DNA of 64,000 bases, from contig JAVZLK010000004.1 of the NCBI GenBank assembly GCA_038883795.1, forward strand, positions 32,001 to 96,000. Reading direction: 5' to 3'. Shown here in pieces: positions 61,377 to 64,000 of this stretch (position 1 is the first letter of the stretch; every line of letters starts with the position of its first letter). Position numbers and translations under genes: made by a program. This DNA comes from Candidatus Bathyarchaeia archaeon. GTDB taxonomy: Archaea; Thermoproteota; Bathyarchaeia; Bathyarchaeales; Bathycorpusculaceae. The notes under the pieces were generated by a model. It was not told where the DNA came from and did not search any database. It saw nothing but the letters and a program-made list of their open reading frames with translations.

Positions 61377-61815
61377 TTTCTGAAGCTTTCCTCTCCCTTA
61401 ACTCTGCTATTAAGGCTTCAAATTTTTCTCTATCCTCTTCCATTCTTTCAGCTACTTGGGCGAGCTGCTGCTGAAGAGAATTTCTTGTTTTCTCCAAATT
61501 TTCTAAACGTTTTTTTATGATTTCTTTTGCCTCTTGAAGTGTTTTTTCTAGGGAAATTCCAGCGCCCATTCCAACAATTACTTTGTCTGGGTTTTCAAGT
61601 CTTGCTTTTATGTAGGAGTTGCCGCCTATTGGGACGAGGAGTTCCGTGTTTTCCTTTTCTTTCTCTAACCCTTCCAAGGTCATGCTTGCGTATGTTAGGT
61701 CTGTTATGACGGCGTTTACTGCGTTTATTCTGGACTGTATGGTTTCTGCTGTCTGTTCTAGGAAGCGGATTTCAACGCTTAGTTTGCGGAGTTCTTCTTC
61801 ACTTTTGCTTGCCAA
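61369..61815 (-). CDS. pfdA: Prefoldin alpha subunit
   Basis: Coiled coils flanking LLVPIGG..VIVGMGAG; start set at TTG 61815. Confidence 0.93.
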   Translation of the reverse strand: MASKSEEELRKLSVEIRFLEQTAETIQSRINAVNAVITDLTYASMTLEGLEKEKENTELLVPIGGNSYIKARLENPDKVIVGMGAGISLEKTLQEAKEIIKKRLENLEKTRNSLQQQLAQVAERMEEDREKFEALIAELRERKASENV

Positions 61816-62056
61816 CTTCCTCTTCTCCCAAAACAAGTTTTCTTAAAAGCGGACTTTCTATTTCATCAACTGGAACTTCTTCAACGTTTAGGATTTTTAT
61901 TTGGAAACGTTTAGCCCTATGTTTGCTGCCCAATTCTGCATAAACCCTTTCCACAGCATGCTCTGGCTTCACGGCTACAACTTCCTTCTTGAAAGGCGAT
62001 TGCAAATTTGGCTTTCGAATTTCGCCCGTAACTCTGAAAACTTTCACTTTAATCAT
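61799..62056 (-). CDS. rpl18a: 50S ribosomal protein L18Ae/LX
   Basis: FRVTG, FKKE, YAELGSKH. Confidence 0.92.
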   Translation of the reverse strand: MIKVKVFRVTGEIRKPNLQSPFKKEVVAVKPEHAVERVYAELGSKHRAKRFQIKILNVEEVPVDEIESPLLRKLVLGEEEVGKQK

Positions 62057-62729
62057 CCTCTTTCACAACATCCAAGGCATTCCCAATTATAAACATCTCG
62101 GGTCCAGTTGTTAAGGAACCAGCAACAGCCGCATATTTGTTGCCAATCAAACCAGTGCCCACATATGGAATGCCACAATTAACAGTGCCTACATCCACTG
62201 GAACCTTTAAAACGTCTTCCAAAAGTTTTCGTTCAGAATCCTTCAACATGGGATGGGCTAGAACTCCTTTGTTTGTGGCGAAAGCCAAAGACCCAACATA
62301 AGGTAAACCAGCGATTTCGCCAGGCACGGCTTCAACACCGAGGGTTTCAGAAATTTTCTTAATTTCCGCACTCTTTAGTCTTGGGTCTACTATGGCGCCG
62401 TAATCGTTTGCTAAAACCATGTTTCCATAGGCTGTTTTCTTTGTCTCCATCACCGTTATGTTTCCTTCAAAAACAGCCTTTATTATGGCAAGCTCTTCTT
62501 CCCTAACGAAATGGGGAAGCAAAATCCCATTAGAGTTTGCACATGCAAGCGCTCCAACAAGAACTGAACCGCCAATTGTCGTGTGGATAAGTTTTACTTT
62601 AAGCCAATTTTCAATCCTTTCAGCCTTTTTAATTGGAATCAACTTTGGAATTATCACCACCTTATCTGTGGCAAGGGAGTATACGCCTATGCTTGGGCTT
62701 CCAAAAAGGCTGGAAAGGTAAACCGCCAA
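62049..62729 (-). CDS. eif6: Translation initiation factor 6 (aIF6)
   Basis: GSPSIGV, GNMVLAND, HP, GTVNCG, TTGPE. Confidence 0.96.
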   Translation of the reverse strand: MAVYLSSLFGSPSIGVYSLATDKVVIIPKLIPIKKAERIENWLKVKLIHTTIGGSVLVGALACANSNGILLPHFVREEELAIIKAVFEGNITVMETKKTAYGNMVLANDYGAIVDPRLKSAEIKKISETLGVEAVPGEIAGLPYVGSLAFATNKGVLAHPMLKDSERKLLEDVLKVPVDVGTVNCGIPYVGTGLIGNKYAAVAGSLTTGPEMFIIGNALDVVKEDD

Positions 62730-62730
62730 G

Positions 62731-62752
62731 GACTATTCTCCTTCCGCTAAAT
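62731..62752. repeat. 22-bp direct repeat copy 1 (duplicate of rpl31e 3' end; att-like)
   Basis: GACTATTCTCCTTCCGCTAAAT matches 63948-63969 at 19/22; minus strand reads L-A-E-G-E-stop. Confidence 0.75.
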
Positions 62753-62905
62753 CGTATTTGATTAATGTTCGCCAACTGCCGTTTTCTGGCATTTTTATCC
62801 TCTTCATGTCGATTGCTTTTATTTTATCTCACAACTATTTAACAATGAAACTTATATGTTTAGCTTTTAATTCATTTTGTCTTCATCATCTCATAATTAT
62901 GTATG

Positions 62906-63883
62906 CTAGTTTTGGAGAGCTTCAAGCATTGCTATTCCACTTTCCCTCAAAATTCGCGTATCCTTTTCCGCTAAACCCCAGCCACCCTCATTGTTGTCAA
63001 ATAATAGTACGTATGTGAAGAATTCAAAATTTTTTCTACAATATTCTACAAATTCCCTAACCTGTTTGGCTTTAATGGTCTCGTTTGATACCATTCCAAA
63101 GTCCCATTGACAGGGATCACCGGATCGCCATGTTCTGAAGCCATACTCACTCATATAAACCTGTTTTCCGGTTTGTTTGAAATATGCTGCCCACAATTCG
63201 ATGTATGTTGTATTCATATAGTTCCATTGCGGACTGAAGGGCATTATTCCATAAAGGTCCGCGTTTGGAATATATGGAACTGGAAAATCGTTGGGGTTGC
63301 CTTCAGTATCCATAGACACTTTTAACCCAAAACTCTTGATATAATCCACAATTTCTATTAAAGCTTCTTTGTAATCCGTAGAGTTTAACTTTTCATTGAT
63401 ATCTTCCCATTTTTGGTTAAATGGTATTGGATAGAGGACTGCCATAAATGGAACATGGTCGTACTGGTGTGCGGTGATATTTCCACAAATTGCGCCCAAT
63501 TCTCTCTTGTAATTGTTGATTATTGTCTCGTTTGGAAAATCGATGGTGGAATATTTATGTCCCCAGTATGTGGCATGAGTTGCAAATATCACCTTTAACC
63601 CAATCATTTTCGTATAGTTAAGAAGAGGCTCAACAATCCCGCTGTCTACAATATCTTCATAAAATATCTTAACACCATCAAACCCCATTCCTTTAATCAA
63701 CATTAAATCCGAAATAATCTCAGTTATGTTGCATTGTCTCGTTCCCAAAGGCTGATAGGCACAAAACGCCCAACTCTTCCGCTTTTGACTAATTAATAAA
63801 AAATATCCGACTGCTGCAACGAAAATGATGAAAATTAGAATAAGGGTTATCCCAAATTTTTTGTCTACAAAGCTAGTTTTCAT
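62906..63883 (-). CDS. Membrane-anchored glycoside hydrolase-like TIM-barrel protein (clan GH-A-like)
   Basis: N-terminal TM, DLMLIKGMGFDGVKIF, GLKVIF, VYMSEYGF, WGL; start set at ATG 63883. Confidence 0.65.
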   Translation of the reverse strand: MKTSFVDKKFGITLILIFIIFVAAVGYFLLISQKRKSWAFCAYQPLGTRQCNITEIISDLMLIKGMGFDGVKIFYEDIVDSGIVEPLLNYTKMIGLKVIFATHATYWGHKYSTIDFPNETIINNYKRELGAICGNITAHQYDHVPFMAVLYPIPFNQKWEDINEKLNSTDYKEALIEIVDYIKSFGLKVSMDTEGNPNDFPVPYIPNADLYGIMPFSPQWNYMNTTYIELWAAYFKQTGKQVYMSEYGFRTWRSGDPCQWDFGMVSNETIKAKQVREFVEYCRKNFEFFTYVLLFDNNEGGWGLAEKDTRILRESGIAMLEALQN

Positions 63884-63947
63884 AGTTGTAATTTCAACGG
63901 AAATTGGTTTAAAGGATTTTACAATTTTGCACACACAAAACGCCGAT

Positions 63948-63969
63948 GACTAGTCTCCTTCAGCCAAAT
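63948..63969. repeat. 22-bp direct repeat copy 2 (current rpl31e 3' end)
   Basis: GACTAGTCTCCTTCAGCCAAAT; minus strand reads L-A-E-G-D-stop. Confidence 0.75.
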
Positions 63970-64000
63970 AAACCGTTACGTTGCCTTCTTTATCTTTTGC
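63950..64000 (-). CDS. rpl31e: 3' end of probable 50S ribosomal protein L31e (truncated by window edge)
   Basis: Reads AKDKEGNVTVYLAEGD*; position matches the conserved rpl31e-eif6-rpl18a-pfdA-ftsY order. Confidence 0.65.
   Translation of the reverse strand, partial: AKDKEGNVTVYLAEGD

Overview
Archaeal chromosomal segment, most likely Bathyarchaeia (TACK), judged from the ribosomal/Spt5/SecE/EndA/PGI-PMI genes, PEF-type surface-protein sorting signals and gene order. It is mostly housekeeping and metabolic: NurA/HerA-like pair, porGDAB, pyrBI, DtxR-FeoAB, ABC exporter, GlpX, membrane PPase, SERCA-like P-type ATPase, SatP-Acs-Pat acetate cluster, AsnRS, GlyRS, a lipid/isoprenoid kinase-UbiA operon, two translation/secretion gene clusters and four intron-less tRNAs (Asn, Pro, Val, Ser). 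Most notable: (1) a winged-HTH + ATP-cone + class III ribonucleotide reductase-like protein lacking the catalytic cysteines and the glycyl-radical loop, a candidate pseudoenzyme nucleotide-sensing regulator beside pyrBI; (2) a glycoside-hydrolase-like gene inserted between rpl31e and eif6 and flanked by a 22-bp duplication of the rpl31e 3' end; (3) decayed or frameshifted PEF-sorted surface-protein genes around a tRNA pair, one preceded by a G-U-rich hairpin; (4) a possible isoprenoid-alcohol salvage operon. All calls come from reading motifs by eye; no searches were run.
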